Below are positions 1-10,595 of a DNA stretch of 64,000 nucleotides, piece by piece. The notes below the pieces were generated by a model that did not search any database, was not told where the DNA came from, and saw only the letters and a list, made by a program, of their open reading frames with translations. This DNA comes from a bacterium (GTDB lineage: Bacteria; Patescibacteriota; CPR2; UBA1875; CAIMLA01). The stretch's first letter is position 1, and every line of letters begins with the position of its first letter. The stretch spans positions 26,085 through 90,084 of the forward strand of contig JBAXUE010000001.1 in NCBI GenBank assembly GCA_037129835.1. The letters are read 5' to 3'. Made by a program: the position numbers and the translations under genes.

Positions 1-635
1 CGACTTGGTGAATCAGCTTGTCGGTATTCTTGGCACCAAGTGCTAAAACGATAGGGAAGGAATCAGCAGCTACAAATTCGTTGTTATATCTTATTTTACC
101 AATCAGTTCCTGTGTCCTTAGATTTTGCAATCGATCTAGGCCTTTAGTGAGTTTGCCTTCTAAGATTTCGGGCTTAGCAGAAGTGGTGAAATCTATACCC
201 AAGTGGTCGGGTTGCTCGGGTCTTGCACTTATTTCTAAAAAACTATCAATTCCTCTAAATTGGTCCTCAGCATCGGACACCTGTAAGACTATTGAGTTAT
301 CACCAAACCAAGCCTCATTCGAACCAAAATAAGTGAAAACTAACTTGTAAGCGTCTTCGCTCCTTTTTTCAAGAATTCTTTTGTGGTTCAATTCCTCATA
401 CCTAACATCGAGGGGTCTATAAAGACGAGATAATCTGTCCTGAAGTTTTTGGTTTTGATGATCTGAGAGTTCAATGTCGCCTCGCTGTTCTAGACTCTGG
501 GCATAGTTATAATAGTGTCCGTGAACCCTCTCTGTATTAAGTCGAGAATCTACATATTTAGTGACTTCTCGATAGTCAGGCTCATTGGCTTCGAGTCTTT
601 CTCTATGATAAGTGTTGGGTGTTTCGCCGTTCATA
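1..635 (-). CDS. hypothetical protein, 3'-truncated by window edge (ATG is the complement of 633-635; the minus-strand frame stays open to position 1)
   Basis: My own translation of the minus strand gives MNGETPNTYHRERLEANEPDYREVTKYVDSRL...GAKNTDKLIHQV with no stop before the window start. It is absent from the ORF track because there is no stop in the window. The overlapping + ORF 18..332 is antisense and low complexity. Confidence 0.45.
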
Positions 636-839
636 CTGCTATTATAACAAACTATGTTAATCCTTTCAGGATTATATAACCATATCTAACCTTTACTGTT
701 CATAATCAGAACCAAGAACAGATCTCCAGCGTCTTGTTTCTTCTAAGATTAAGCGTAAATGAATCCGGATCAGGTTCACCAATATTATTGGAAAAATAAT
801 AGACCGTAACAGGCTATTTTTCTATGCTATAATTCACAT

Positions 840-2237
840 ATGAGCGAAAAACATGGTGAAAATAGTCCCCGGACTTCTGATTCAGAACTTCTTAGCGAAA
901 CAATGCCGCAGTCAGTGGAAAAAGAAAAGCAAAATCTTCTGGCCGAATCTGACTTCTTAGAATCTCACACTACTCATCTTGAACGAGGGTATCAGATTTC
1001 AGAGATAAAAGAATCTTTGATTTCAGTCGAGAAAACCGCAGAGGAAACACAGCGAAAAATAGATGAGACAAATGAATCAATCTCCATTAAGGAACAAAAA
1101 ATACTGACCCGGATATTTGACTTTGTAAAAATCATAAAGCTAAAACAACATTTGTCTTCATCTGAGAGTGCCCGAAAATCTCAGCAAGAAGAAGTCACCA
1201 AAATCAAAGATGAACTTTCTGCTCTAGAAAACCTACACCAAACCGAGAAAGCCCAACTCAATCTGACGGTTATAGACTTTCTAAAATCAGAAGAGGTCAA
1301 CACTGAAGCAACGGGGATAGCTATAGAAACAAAGAAAGCGGAACTTGAAAGCATTCGTGCTGCTAGGGATGTGTCGGCAATGAGCGAAAAAGAAGATTGT
1401 TTGGTTTTTCATACACTTATGCCAAAGGGCTATATTCCAGGAACAACCTTTAAGACCGCGCCGACTGATAATTCCCCACTTGATTACGAGGTGGCAGCAG
1501 CTAGTGGAGTAAGGCTAATTGCGGATATTACCTTGGGCTATGACATCGAACTGAGCTGTTGCACGTTGCGAGAAGGTAGCAAAGATACGATATGGCCAGG
1601 CGCAGGCGGTTTTATTATAGGTGGTGGTTCGGTGAGGATGGCGGCTGATCAGGACATGGCCACATCTGTTGACTCTGAAACTGGTCGTCGTTCTCGACCT
1701 AATGGCTCGGGAGCGAGTGGTGAAGCGGGGCTACATGGGAGAAAAGATAATTTTGTTCGCAACGAAGAAGATCTACATTTTGCTATCGCCGGTAAGGGGA
1801 GAGATGTGCCGGGAAACCACAATGAGTTGGTTGTAGAATCACCAGATATTTCTGGGGTATTTATAAACATAGCCCCAGATGCTCAGGTTATCTTTTGGGA
1901 TGAAGCTATGAGAAATGAGTTTATGCAAGAAGATACTGGTTATAATAGCGGATCATATCTTGCAGAATCATCTTTTCAAGATATCATTGATATCTCTAAA
2001 CAGAACGAACTACCAATTTATGCGATGTACAAGGGAGAGGCGTTTAAGGTTGGCCCGTCAGTTCAGAGGGTAAAAACTAGAGGTGTCTATAGCACCCCAA
2101 ATCGTCTTCCTTTTAAGGAGATTACTCTGATTCCAGGCGTTGTTTCCTTTGAAGAAATCAGAGGTCAAGAAACTGGTGTTACCGACGATAACAAACAGGC
2201 AGCTAAGGACCGGGTCCCCTTAGAGGTTTTTAAGTAA
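840..2237 (+). CDS. hypothetical protein: N-terminal coiled-coil-like E/K-rich half, C-terminal Gly-rich domain
   Basis: Long ORF of 465 aa. There is a codon-composition shift to GC/Gly-rich around 1560-1800. No motif recognised. Confidence 0.5.
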   Translation: MSEKHGENSPRTSDSELLSETMPQSVEKEKQNLLAESDFLESHTTHLERGYQISEIKESLISVEKTAEETQRKIDETNESISIKEQKILTRIFDFVKIIKLKQHLSSSESARKSQQEEVTKIKDELSALENLHQTEKAQLNLTVIDFLKSEEVNTEATGIAIETKKAELESIRAARDVSAMSEKEDCLVFHTLMPKGYIPGTTFKTAPTDNSPLDYEVAAASGVRLIADITLGYDIELSCCTLREGSKDTIWPGAGGFIIGGGSVRMAADQDMATSVDSETGRRSRPNGSGASGEAGLHGRKDNFVRNEEDLHFAIAGKGRDVPGNHNELVVESPDISGVFINIAPDAQVIFWDEAMRNEFMQEDTGYNSGSYLAESSFQDIIDISKQNELPIYAMYKGEAFKVGPSVQRVKTRGVYSTPNRLPFKEITLIPGVVSFEEIRGQETGVTDDNKQAAKDRVPLEVFK

Positions 2238-2302
2238 AAACTGTAAAGTAGTTTTTAGGGAAGTTTATACTTTGTAGAAGATTAATCGAAGTAAAATATT
2301 TT

Positions 2303-2611
2303 ATGGGGAAAATAACAAAAAAGAATATAATAATTATTTGCATAGTAATATTGATAGGGCTAATAGCCGTCTTGTCTGTCTATTTGGGTTTTGTAGGGAT
2401 AAGTACTTGCGGTGGGATTGATGGAAAAATGTGTCCGAATGGCTTTTCATGTGTGTACCCAAGATCTATTGGTACTACTTTCGCGGACGAAAGAGGAAGC
2501 TGCGTATTAAATTTTGAAATAAATAAAAAAGAAGTGACCGATCTAGACTGTAATCCACCCGTAGGTGCACCAGCGAATTGGGAAGCTCCCTATAGCTGCC
2601 TAGTTCGTTAG
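2303..2611 (+). CDS. small signal-anchored Cys-rich protein
   Basis: N-terminal hydrophobic segment IIIICIVILIGLIAVLSVYLGFVG followed by a domain with 8 Cys. AT-rich upstream region. Confidence 0.4.
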   Translation: MGKITKKNIIIICIVILIGLIAVLSVYLGFVGISTCGGIDGKMCPNGFSCVYPRSIGTTFADERGSCVLNFEINKKEVTDLDCNPPVGAPANWEAPYSCLVR

Positions 2612-2790
2612 ATTTTGTATCATCTTTTTTGGGGAGATAAAAAGCATAAAGTTTCAGCGAAGTTATTTTTTTATATTTTCCGTTTGTAATCCACTTTGAT
2701 ATATCCTGCGCAGTAATATTGGATTTTTAAATAGCATTATTTTTGATTATGATATAATTTAGCCATATTATAGATAACAAAGGAGTAATA

Positions 2791-4152
2791 ATGGGAGCTG
2801 AACAAAATGGGCCTGAACCACAAGACATGAACAGAGATCAAGGAGAGTTGGCTCCGCAGATTATTCCAGAAAAATCTGCCGGTCTAGACAGAAGAAGTTT
2901 CCTTAAATATATGGCAACCTTCGCAATCGGTGCAGCAACAGGGACTTTGGCAGACGAGGTTATAAGGAACAGACCTGATTCCGAAGCTCAGGAAACACAA
3001 GAAGCATTATTGTTTAGAAGCGGTGAAATCATCAATGATCCAAACTGCCCCATGGCTATAGACGGATGGCGTTTAGTATTTGACGGGCATAGCCAAGGAG
3101 ATTACTTTAAGGCTGAGGCTGAAAAATATCGAACTCTGCATCCAGATGTGAAAACTAGTGATTTATTGCAGATTGAATTGTCTTTAGTTATACCCGATGC
3201 TAGTCTGTATGGAAGACCTATTCGAATTTCAGAAGTAGGCAGTGCTTCTGCCATGATGTTTGATCAGCTAACTTTTACTAGCGGGGAATTGGGGGGTAAA
3301 AAGGCTTCGGCAGTTAGGTTGGGTCCTGGTAGGCATCATGTGATTGTTAAGCGGGTGGGAGCGGGAGGAACTATAGTAGGTGAAAGAATATACACCGTAG
3401 ATATGGGCATAGAAGAAAAAGTATCTACCGAAAGACCTATCAGTGAAGATGTTCTTAGAAGCGTTGCGGATTTGCAAGATAAGTTTGAGCACTTAATAGG
3501 CGCAGACATGTATACTTATTTTTTCGCGGATACAGAAGATCAACAAAACGGCTACTATCTCGGCGATGCAAGAACTGCTATAGCTGACTCATACGTACTA
3601 AATCCTAAGGTACCCGGAGAAGCTCTTGGTGTGGCTTTTCATGAATATTGTCACTGTATGGTGGATTCACTAAGTATGTCGGAGCAAAATGAAGATATTG
3701 ATGAGTCGGAGTCATTACTTCAAAAAAGTCGCTGTCTACTAAGTTTAGCAGACTCATACAAGGACGTTGTGATTAAGTCTGGCTACGAATATCCGATTCA
3801 GGAAGACCTGATAGCGGGAGCCCCAGACGGCATAGAAGACAATAATTTATTTCGATTTTTCGACGAAAGCGCATATGAGAAGGTAGATACAGGGGGACAC
3901 CCTTATTCAAACTATTCAGAGTTATTCGCCTCTACCGTAAATGTTCTTCGTAGTTATCCGGATGAGTTTTTGGCTAAATTTCAATCCGCAGGCAACGATA
4001 GGGAAATTATTATTGGAGTGGTCCAGAGCGTTGTTAATATTCTTGAGTTAAGAGAAGAGGGCGAGTCAGTAAAAGCGCTTGTACCGGAAATAGATAAAGT
4101 GAAGGCAGTGCTGGGAATAAAGCAGGGGCCAAAGATAGTATATCTTGGCTAA
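2791..4152 (+). CDS. Tat-signal protein with HExxH (zincin-like) motif
   Basis: Twin-arginine motif DRRSFLKYMATFAIGAATG near the N-terminus. HEYCH motif (AFHEYCHCM) in the middle. RBS aaggag upstream. Confidence 0.55.
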   Translation: MGAEQNGPEPQDMNRDQGELAPQIIPEKSAGLDRRSFLKYMATFAIGAATGTLADEVIRNRPDSEAQETQEALLFRSGEIINDPNCPMAIDGWRLVFDGHSQGDYFKAEAEKYRTLHPDVKTSDLLQIELSLVIPDASLYGRPIRISEVGSASAMMFDQLTFTSGELGGKKASAVRLGPGRHHVIVKRVGAGGTIVGERIYTVDMGIEEKVSTERPISEDVLRSVADLQDKFEHLIGADMYTYFFADTEDQQNGYYLGDARTAIADSYVLNPKVPGEALGVAFHEYCHCMVDSLSMSEQNEDIDESESLLQKSRCLLSLADSYKDVVIKSGYEYPIQEDLIAGAPDGIEDNNLFRFFDESAYEKVDTGGHPYSNYSELFASTVNVLRSYPDEFLAKFQSAGNDREIIIGVVQSVVNILELREEGESVKALVPEIDKVKAVLGIKQGPKIVYLG

Positions 4153-4163
4153 ATAGTGCTTCT

Positions 4164-4919
4164 TTGTGGGTATTTTTCTGTTCATGGTATACTTTTATCA
4201 TGATAGAAAACAATAACGAAGAAAATTACTCAATGTCGACTTTCAACGCAAAAGAGCATGCAAAGGAACTAACAGAAAAACTTATCATTAAAAAAGATGC
4301 TGGTGTTCTCAGGGCACGGGCGGAGGTTGACGAATTAGCTGATCGTCTTGGTCTAGAAATCGACCCTGGGATAAAGGAAACTGTAGTAGCTTTAAGGGCC
4401 TCTGGGTTAAACACAACTCAGTCTTGCGAGGGTCATAGTGGTCCAGGTCTACCCTGGCCTTGGGTAGATGTAGTGGCTCCAGGCGAACCCGAAGAAAGAT
4501 GGGAAGGTGAGCTCGCAGAGTTTTTAAGGGTCGCTGTCGAAAAGGGTTTGAATTTTGACAACTTAAGAAGGGGTGATCCACTTGATATCTATCAGCAAAT
4601 TATTAATCAAGTCTCTAACAATCCTCAAACCGCACAATTTGAAGAATGGCGTGCTAGTAATGGTGAATTGGGCAAGCGGCTAGAGCAGTTATTAAGTGAA
4701 TTTTACGTTGGCAGAATGGTAGATGAGGCTGTTCGCATAAGGATTGATCAAGGCGAACTCACCGGATCAAGACTGCAAAGCTTCGAACAAAAAGCCGGAG
4801 ATTTTGTTTTTGAATATACTTCTGTGGACTCGGAAAAGCATCAAGGAGAGATCCCTCTTCTAGAAAAAAGAAGGGCAGAAATGAATGCGTTTGCTGAATT
4901 TTTACTAACAAGGAGTTAA
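4164..4919 (+). CDS. hypothetical protein (the track start is TTG; an ATG at 4200 is more likely)
   Basis: ORF of 251 aa (MIENNNEENYSMSTF... from 4200). No recognised domain. Confidence 0.4.
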   Translation: MWVFFCSWYTFIMIENNNEENYSMSTFNAKEHAKELTEKLIIKKDAGVLRARAEVDELADRLGLEIDPGIKETVVALRASGLNTTQSCEGHSGPGLPWPWVDVVAPGEPEERWEGELAEFLRVAVEKGLNFDNLRRGDPLDIYQQIINQVSNNPQTAQFEEWRASNGELGKRLEQLLSEFYVGRMVDEAVRIRIDQGELTGSRLQSFEQKAGDFVFEYTSVDSEKHQGEIPLLEKRRAEMNAFAEFLLTRS

Positions 4920-5028
4920 AATAGAGACAAGAAAGATTACTGCAAATTCAAAAAATTTCGATTATGAGTTTTATGGAGATTATAGAAAAAGCGCCATAGA
5001 CGAGTTTATAAGAACCCAAGAAATTGAC

Positions 5029-5691
5029 TTGGGAAAAATTATTGAATTTTTAGGCGAAAAACTACCCGATACAAGGTTTGTTTATAAAATATATCCGACA
5101 ATCGAAGAAAAAAGAGCGGGTGACCCCTTCCATAGTAGTTCCTATGCTTGTGCAAGACTAAAGACTATCTATCGTGTGCTCGGAGAGGCTATGCCAAACC
5201 CTAGCTTTCCACACGAAATAGTTCATTTGGTTATGCACGCAATTAGTCCAATATACGACTGGAAGATAGAGCTGGATACTTTTGATGGCAAAAAACAAAA
5301 GGAAACAGTCTCGATGGATTCGATTTCATATTTACAAGAGGGCCTGGCATTACTAATCGATGAAATAGTTTTTGGGAATAAGTTACGGGAAGCAGGAGAA
5401 TATCGGTACATAAACGAATGGGTCCATTACAATCAAGGAAAACACAATATCAAAGTAAGACAGCAAATAGAATTTTATGAATTCTGCGCTCAGAATCCAA
5501 TCTATGGAACACCTTTATGTGGATCTTTTTGCATGTATTTAGTGAAACAATATGGTTTGCCTAAATTTTTAGAATTATATAGGGGGGCCTCTGAGCTTTT
5601 TTCCAAGGAAAAGAACATTTTAATAATAGAGGCAACATATAGTAAACCGCTAAGTGATCTAGAAAGAGACTGGGGCGCTTCGCTTTTATAG
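5029..5691 (+). CDS. hypothetical protein with HExxH motif (HEIVH)
   Basis: ORF of 220 aa with TTG start. Motif FPHEIVHLVMH suggests a zincin-like metal site. Confidence 0.4.
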   Translation: MGKIIEFLGEKLPDTRFVYKIYPTIEEKRAGDPFHSSSYACARLKTIYRVLGEAMPNPSFPHEIVHLVMHAISPIYDWKIELDTFDGKKQKETVSMDSISYLQEGLALLIDEIVFGNKLREAGEYRYINEWVHYNQGKHNIKVRQQIEFYEFCAQNPIYGTPLCGSFCMYLVKQYGLPKFLELYRGASELFSKEKNILIIEATYSKPLSDLERDWGASLL

Positions 5692-5828
5692 TAGCTCGGT
5701 GTTATCGCCTTAGCAGCTGTAGGATTCGGGATATGGTTTTTTGGGAAAAATAAAAAAATATCTTCCAAGTAAATTAATATTCCTGTCAAACCAGATTCGT
5801 ATTTTAAAAGAGGTTTTTATGACCTCTT

Positions 5829-6086
5829 TTAAAATATTGATTTTTCGATACCTTCGTCTAGATATTTTATGCGCTTAAAACAGGCGATACCAGTCATAAT
5901 AAACAACAAAGTAGTGATTATCATAATAAACAAGCAACTGCCACCCACGAACATATAGTTTATTGAATCTATGGTACCGATCATTCTCATCGTTATGTCG
6001 ATTATTAACAATGTCACGATGGCCGTCAATAGTGTGACAACAGTCATTATTCCCCAAGCTATTACTCCCTCAAATTCTTTTGTCAA
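5829..6086 (-). CDS. small 2-TM membrane protein
   Basis: 85 aa, with two long hydrophobic stretches. Confidence 0.35.
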   Translation of the reverse strand: MTKEFEGVIAWGIMTVVTLLTAIVTLLIIDITMRMIGTIDSINYMFVGGSCLFIMIITTLLFIMTGIACFKRIKYLDEGIEKSIF

Positions 6087-6095
6087 AACACACCT

Positions 6096-6722
6096 TTATT
6101 TCTTCCATTTTTCTTGTGTTCTTTGCACGATACCGCTAATAACAATTTCTTTTAACCAGAAGCTAGGGTAATCACCACCATTGGCTGCTATTACACGATC
6201 GCAATTAGCATTCCATTCTTTTTCGTCCTTACTGCTTTCCATTAGGGCGATGACTGCTTCTGGAGAAGTAAGATCTACTGTAGATTCTTTTTCTGGTATA
6301 TCCATAAGTTCATTTGATTCGTCAAAATATTTATTTTGTTTATCTATCTTCTTGCTCAACTCGTCTTTATTGTAATCTGGGTTTATATAATTTTTATAAT
6401 CACCCTTGCCATCATCTCTAGGTGTAGCGACGGTTTCAGTATGAGTAGAGTGTCCAACTACCACTTTACGGACAATTTGGCTTCCTACAACGAGCCCTGT
6501 GTCAGGATCTATTTCGAGCCCGGCTTCAAGCGCATATATGGGATCGCCTTTTACAATTTCACTTACCAACATGTCTGGAGGATTCTCTTTATTGTTATCA
6601 AATTTATCCAAATGTTGATTTTTTTTATTTTCTGAATTAGTGTAGCCATTCTCATTTGATTCATTTTTCGGAAATTTTTCATTTTTTGAGATATCTGAAG
6701 ATTTATCTCCTCTATTTTCCAT
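6096..6722 (-). CDS. hypothetical protein; paralog of the 38127-38616 gene
   Basis: C-terminus SPEAVIALMESSKDEKEWNANCDRVIAANGGDYPSFWLKEIVI matches the translated 38444-38616 frame (TPASVIALMEGSKNDVEWNANCDKVKAANNGDYPDFWFKEII). Confidence 0.5.
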   Translation of the reverse strand: MENRGDKSSDISKNEKFPKNESNENGYTNSENKKNQHLDKFDNNKENPPDMLVSEIVKGDPIYALEAGLEIDPDTGLVVGSQIVRKVVVGHSTHTETVATPRDDGKGDYKNYINPDYNKDELSKKIDKQNKYFDESNELMDIPEKESTVDLTSPEAVIALMESSKDEKEWNANCDRVIAANGGDYPSFWLKEIVISGIVQRTQEKWKK

Positions 6723-6809
6723 ATGTGCTCCTTTATATTATTAAAATAATTATAACTCTTGGGCTTTGTTATTTCTATGTAGATTTTCTATAAATGATAT
6801 AATATAGGT

Positions 6810-7115
6810 ATGAATAAATCATTGTTACTAAAAACACTTAGAAACACTTTTTTCGCAGCTGCATATATATTCTTGGTTTCGTTGGTGATGCAAAATGGAG
6901 ATCAATGGTTTGGGAATAGCAACATGCTGGCACCATTTGTCATTTTGCTATTATTTTGTTTTTCAGCGGCCACTGTAGGATGTTTGGTATTTGGCCAATC
7001 GATATTTTTATTTTTTGATAATAAAAAGACTGAGAGCGCCAAGGCTGCAATATATAGCATAGGATGGTTTGGAGTTTATACCGTAATTGGTTTATTATTA
7101 TTAATAATTACTTAA
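6810..7115 (+). CDS. small membrane protein
   Basis: 101 aa with three hydrophobic segments. -10-like TATAAT upstream. Confidence 0.4.
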   Translation: MNKSLLLKTLRNTFFAAAYIFLVSLVMQNGDQWFGNSNMLAPFVILLLFCFSAATVGCLVFGQSIFLFFDNKKTESAKAAIYSIGWFGVYTVIGLLLLIIT

Positions 7116-7128
7116 ATAAAGGAGAAAA

Positions 7129-7332
7129 ATGTACGACTATTTAATGAACCCATATGTTATTATTCCTTTAGTGGTTTGGTCCTTAACCTGGAAGGGAATG
7201 GCTCTCTGGAAAGCAGCAAAAAACGACAGCGTTCCGTGGTTCGTTGCTTTATTACTTATTAATACACTTGGTATATTAGAGATATTATATATATATTTCC
7301 CTACAAAAAACACAATACCTAAAGACAAATAA
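7129..7332 (+). CDS. small membrane protein
   Basis: 67 aa and hydrophobic. RBS aaggag 8 nt upstream. Confidence 0.4.
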   Translation: MYDYLMNPYVIIPLVVWSLTWKGMALWKAAKNDSVPWFVALLLINTLGILEILYIYFPTKNTIPKDK

Positions 7333-7416
7333 TATAACGAGAAAGTCATGGTACAGTTAATTATCGGCGGATAATTAATTGTTTGTGCTATAATAAAGCA
7401 AAAGAAAGGGCTAAAT

Positions 7417-9012
7417 ATGAAAAAGTGGCTACCGGTAATTGTACTCTCGCTCGCGTCGTTTGTGATGGTGCTCGATAGCACTGTAATGAATGTGTCTATA
7501 TCCAAGCTTGTTACGGATCTCAATACTTCAGTAGCAGGAATTCAGCTCGCTATTACACTTTTTACTCTAGTGATGGCCTCTTTTATGCTCACAGGCGGCA
7601 AAATGGGTGATATCTGGGGGCGCAGAAAGGCATTTAAAATCGGACTACTGATTTATGGGACTGGTTCGCTAATCACATCTCTTTCTCTTGGTCTACCAAT
7701 GTTGATAGCGGGATGGTCGATTGTGGAGGGTTTGGGCGCAGTACTAGTAATGCCTGCGATAGCGGCACTAACTGCGGCTAATTATCAAGGCAAAGATAGG
7801 GTGGCAGCTTTTAGTATACTCGGCGCAGTTGCCGGAGTTGCAGCAGCAGCAGGCCCTCTTATCGGTGGCGCAGTTACTACTTATCTGTCTTGGCGATATG
7901 TTTTTTCAGCAGAAACCGTAATAGTCTTGATAATATTTTTCGTTTTTGCGAATAAAATAAAGGACGTCCCCGTTACTTCGAAATCTACTTTAGATATACC
8001 AAGCGTAATCTTATCTGCGCTCGGTTTATTTTCTATAGTTTTTGGAATACTCCAGTCTAAGGTCTGGGGGTGGATTACTCCTCTCTCAGCCCCAGTAATA
8101 AATGGGCTGAAAGTTACCCCATTTGGTTTTTCTTTAGTGCCTTTTCTTATCGTTTTTGGGATAGGGATACTTTGGTGGTTTACAGCCAGACAGGAAAAAC
8201 TTAAAAACCAAGGTAAAGATCCGTTGTTAGACATATCAATGTTAAAAATACCCGCTGTTCAAGCAGGGCTTTCAAATATCACTATTCAGTATCTTTTAAC
8301 TGCAGGATTGTTTTTCGTAATGCCAATATACCTTCAAATGGTTCTCGGGTTAGACGCATTGTCTACTGGTATCAAGATATTGCCTATGTCTATCGCGCTT
8401 ATTATAGCATCTCTAGTTGGCGCTAAATTAGTAAGTAAATTTTCTCCTAAGAAAATTATAACTTGGGGTAAAATATTGCTATTGCTCGGTATGTTTACCA
8501 TATTGGCTTCCATCGATCCTGAGCTTAAAAATGGTTATTTAATAGTTGGCATGTTTTTTGTTGGTGGTGGGTTGGGCTTTATGGCATCTCAGATTGGGAA
8601 TGTTATTCTATCTGCTGTGGACGAAGACAAAACTTCGGAAGCAGGGGGACTACAGGGTACTTTTCAGAATTTTGGGTCATCCCTCGGTACCGCACTTATT
8701 GGCTCTGTTCTTATTGCGTCTCTTACCTCTGGTTTCGTTGCCACCGCTACTGGCACTTCAAGCGCGCTTCCAAGCAATGTGAAAACATATATTTCGGAGC
8801 ATACTACAGGTGGAGTAGCCGTTGTTAGTAAAAGTGAGGTTTATCAGTATTCTATAAGTAAGGGGCTAAGTATTTCAGAATCTCAAGAAATATCTGATTA
8901 TTATCTATCGGCACAGATGCAGGCACTGAAGACTTCTATGCTTGCACTTACTCTTTTGGCACTTCTGGGACTTCTATTTTCAAAAAACCTACCAGAAGAA
9001 TTAGTAAAATAG
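7417..9012 (+). CDS. MFS transporter, DHA2 (EmrB/QacA-like, 14-TM) family
   Basis: N-terminal LDSTVMNVSISKL...GGKMGDIWGRRKAF is a typical drug:H+ antiporter signature. 531 aa. Confidence 0.8.
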   Translation: MKKWLPVIVLSLASFVMVLDSTVMNVSISKLVTDLNTSVAGIQLAITLFTLVMASFMLTGGKMGDIWGRRKAFKIGLLIYGTGSLITSLSLGLPMLIAGWSIVEGLGAVLVMPAIAALTAANYQGKDRVAAFSILGAVAGVAAAAGPLIGGAVTTYLSWRYVFSAETVIVLIIFFVFANKIKDVPVTSKSTLDIPSVILSALGLFSIVFGILQSKVWGWITPLSAPVINGLKVTPFGFSLVPFLIVFGIGILWWFTARQEKLKNQGKDPLLDISMLKIPAVQAGLSNITIQYLLTAGLFFVMPIYLQMVLGLDALSTGIKILPMSIALIIASLVGAKLVSKFSPKKIITWGKILLLLGMFTILASIDPELKNGYLIVGMFFVGGGLGFMASQIGNVILSAVDEDKTSEAGGLQGTFQNFGSSLGTALIGSVLIASLTSGFVATATGTSSALPSNVKTYISEHTTGGVAVVSKSEVYQYSISKGLSISESQEISDYYLSAQMQALKTSMLALTLLALLGLLFSKNLPEELVK

Positions 9013-9025
9013 TAAATTTTTGACT

Positions 9026-9688
9026 TTATATAATATATTCAGCCACTATCGGAAGGTGGTCTGAGGCTTTTGATGCAATAGCGTCTGAACTTGTTTTGGA
9101 TAGAATTTTACTTGCAAATATATAGTCGAATTGCTTCCGGGGATTGTTTGCTGGGTACGTTTTGTACTCTCCGGCGAGGTTGTAATATTTCAGTAGGGTT
9201 GATAGTTCAGAAACAGGGCCGTTGAAGTCGCCACAGAAGATAATGGGTGAATATTGTCGTATGTACTCTGTGAGATGTGATATCTGTACGTCTCTATCGA
9301 TTTTTCTAAGCCCCAAGTGGGTAGTCCCAAAATATATATTTCTATTATTAATAAATATTTCTGCTATCGCAATGCCCCTATTTTCTATTCCAGCGATTTT
9401 AGGTAGTTGGATACATTCTGAGGTTTTTATTTCCCCTTTGGTCAAAATAACGTTGCCATACCCGCCAAAAGGTCCATAAGTTACATTGCTTTGGAAAACA
9501 TATTCCATCCCGAGCATTTCTGATAACTTTTTCGGTTGATCTAAAAACGGTGGAATCTGATATACCTCATTTAGACCTACGATATCGGGGTTTTCCTTTG
9601 CTATTGCTTCGGCAATGCTCCTTAGGGAATATATCTTTCCTATTCCCTGGCCATGCCGAATGTTGTAGGACATTACTTTTAACTTCAT
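9026..9688 (-). CDS. endonuclease/exonuclease/phosphatase (EEP) family protein
   Basis: Motifs MSYNIRHG...GLNEV...C-terminal SDHLPIV. Confidence 0.7.
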   Translation of the reverse strand: MKLKVMSYNIRHGQGIGKIYSLRSIAEAIAKENPDIVGLNEVYQIPPFLDQPKKLSEMLGMEYVFQSNVTYGPFGGYGNVILTKGEIKTSECIQLPKIAGIENRGIAIAEIFINNRNIYFGTTHLGLRKIDRDVQISHLTEYIRQYSPIIFCGDFNGPVSELSTLLKYYNLAGEYKTYPANNPRKQFDYIFASKILSKTSSDAIASKASDHLPIVAEYII

Positions 9689-9762
9689 ATTTGTATTGTA
9701 GGGTAAATGGCTGTTTTATTCTATCTTTATCCGTGAGGGTCAGTATGTGATATCATGTTTGT

Positions 9763-10323
9763 ATGATAAATTTCTATTTAACTATACTCTTGGTTTTCGG
9801 GGCATTATTAATAGTCGTGTCTAGCCTCGGCGTTATCGGCTACTTCGCCAGGGGACGTTCGGGATGGGCGATCTGGGGAATAATGATTTTCTATTGGGCG
9901 CTTTATCTGGGAGGTATTTATCTAATGATTATCACCAGAAAGGGATGTACCGGGCACTTGTATTGTGACCTCGGTTCCGTTAGTGGTCTTACCATGGTCG
10001 TTTTTGGTTATAGCGCTATTGGTTTTTACTTACTGACGATATATTCTTATACGTCATTGATTCGAAAAGTAAAAAAATTGAACTTTTCAGATCGATTTGC
10101 TGAAGAGATTCGTAGACAACATACAAACGCCGTTATCGTTTTTTTCTTTACTACCTGGGTTGCAGCAGGCTTTGTCTATTTGATTCATCTCAGGGCTGGC
10201 AGAATCATTAGACAGGCACTAAAAAATCCAAACCAAACAGATAGAAAAGCTTTAGAAGCCGAGCTAGATGAGGTATTCGGCCGCAAAGTCGACTGGCACA
10301 AGAAGAAAAAGACTAAAGTATAA
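9763..10323 (+). CDS. membrane protein
   Basis: 186 aa with four hydrophobic segments. Confidence 0.45.
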   Translation: MINFYLTILLVFGALLIVVSSLGVIGYFARGRSGWAIWGIMIFYWALYLGGIYLMIITRKGCTGHLYCDLGSVSGLTMVVFGYSAIGFYLLTIYSYTSLIRKVKKLNFSDRFAEEIRRQHTNAVIVFFFTTWVAAGFVYLIHLRAGRIIRQALKNPNQTDRKALEAELDEVFGRKVDWHKKKKTKV

Positions 10324-10364
10324 ACAATTGGGATAATAATCATATAACGAGTTAGGAATACAAG

Positions 10365-10583
10365 ATGTGTTTAGCAACACCAATGCAAATAAAAAGAATA
10401 GAAAAAGAATATGGCTTTCTTGTGCACGGCGGTAAAGAGTATCGTGTAGAGCTTTCACTTATTGATAATCCAAAAGTGGGGGACTGGATTCTTGCTCACG
10501 GTGAGCTTGCAGTTAGTAAAGTGCCTTGCAAAGATGCCAAAGAGATACTAGAATTAATCTCCCAAGCCGGCGTAAACCACTAG
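10365..10583 (+). CDS. hypC: [NiFe] hydrogenase maturation chaperone HypC/HupF
   Basis: N-terminal MCLATPMQI matches the MC(L/I)(A/G)(I/V)P HypC signature. About 72 aa. Confidence 0.8.
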   Translation: MCLATPMQIKRIEKEYGFLVHGGKEYRVELSLIDNPKVGDWILAHGELAVSKVPCKDAKEILELISQAGVNH

Positions 10584-10595
10584 GAGGTGATACGT

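Noticed and set aside
18-332. 104-aa + strand ORF at the window start
   Set aside because: It is antisense to a longer, open minus-strand frame (1-635) that has a sensible ATG and a polar product.
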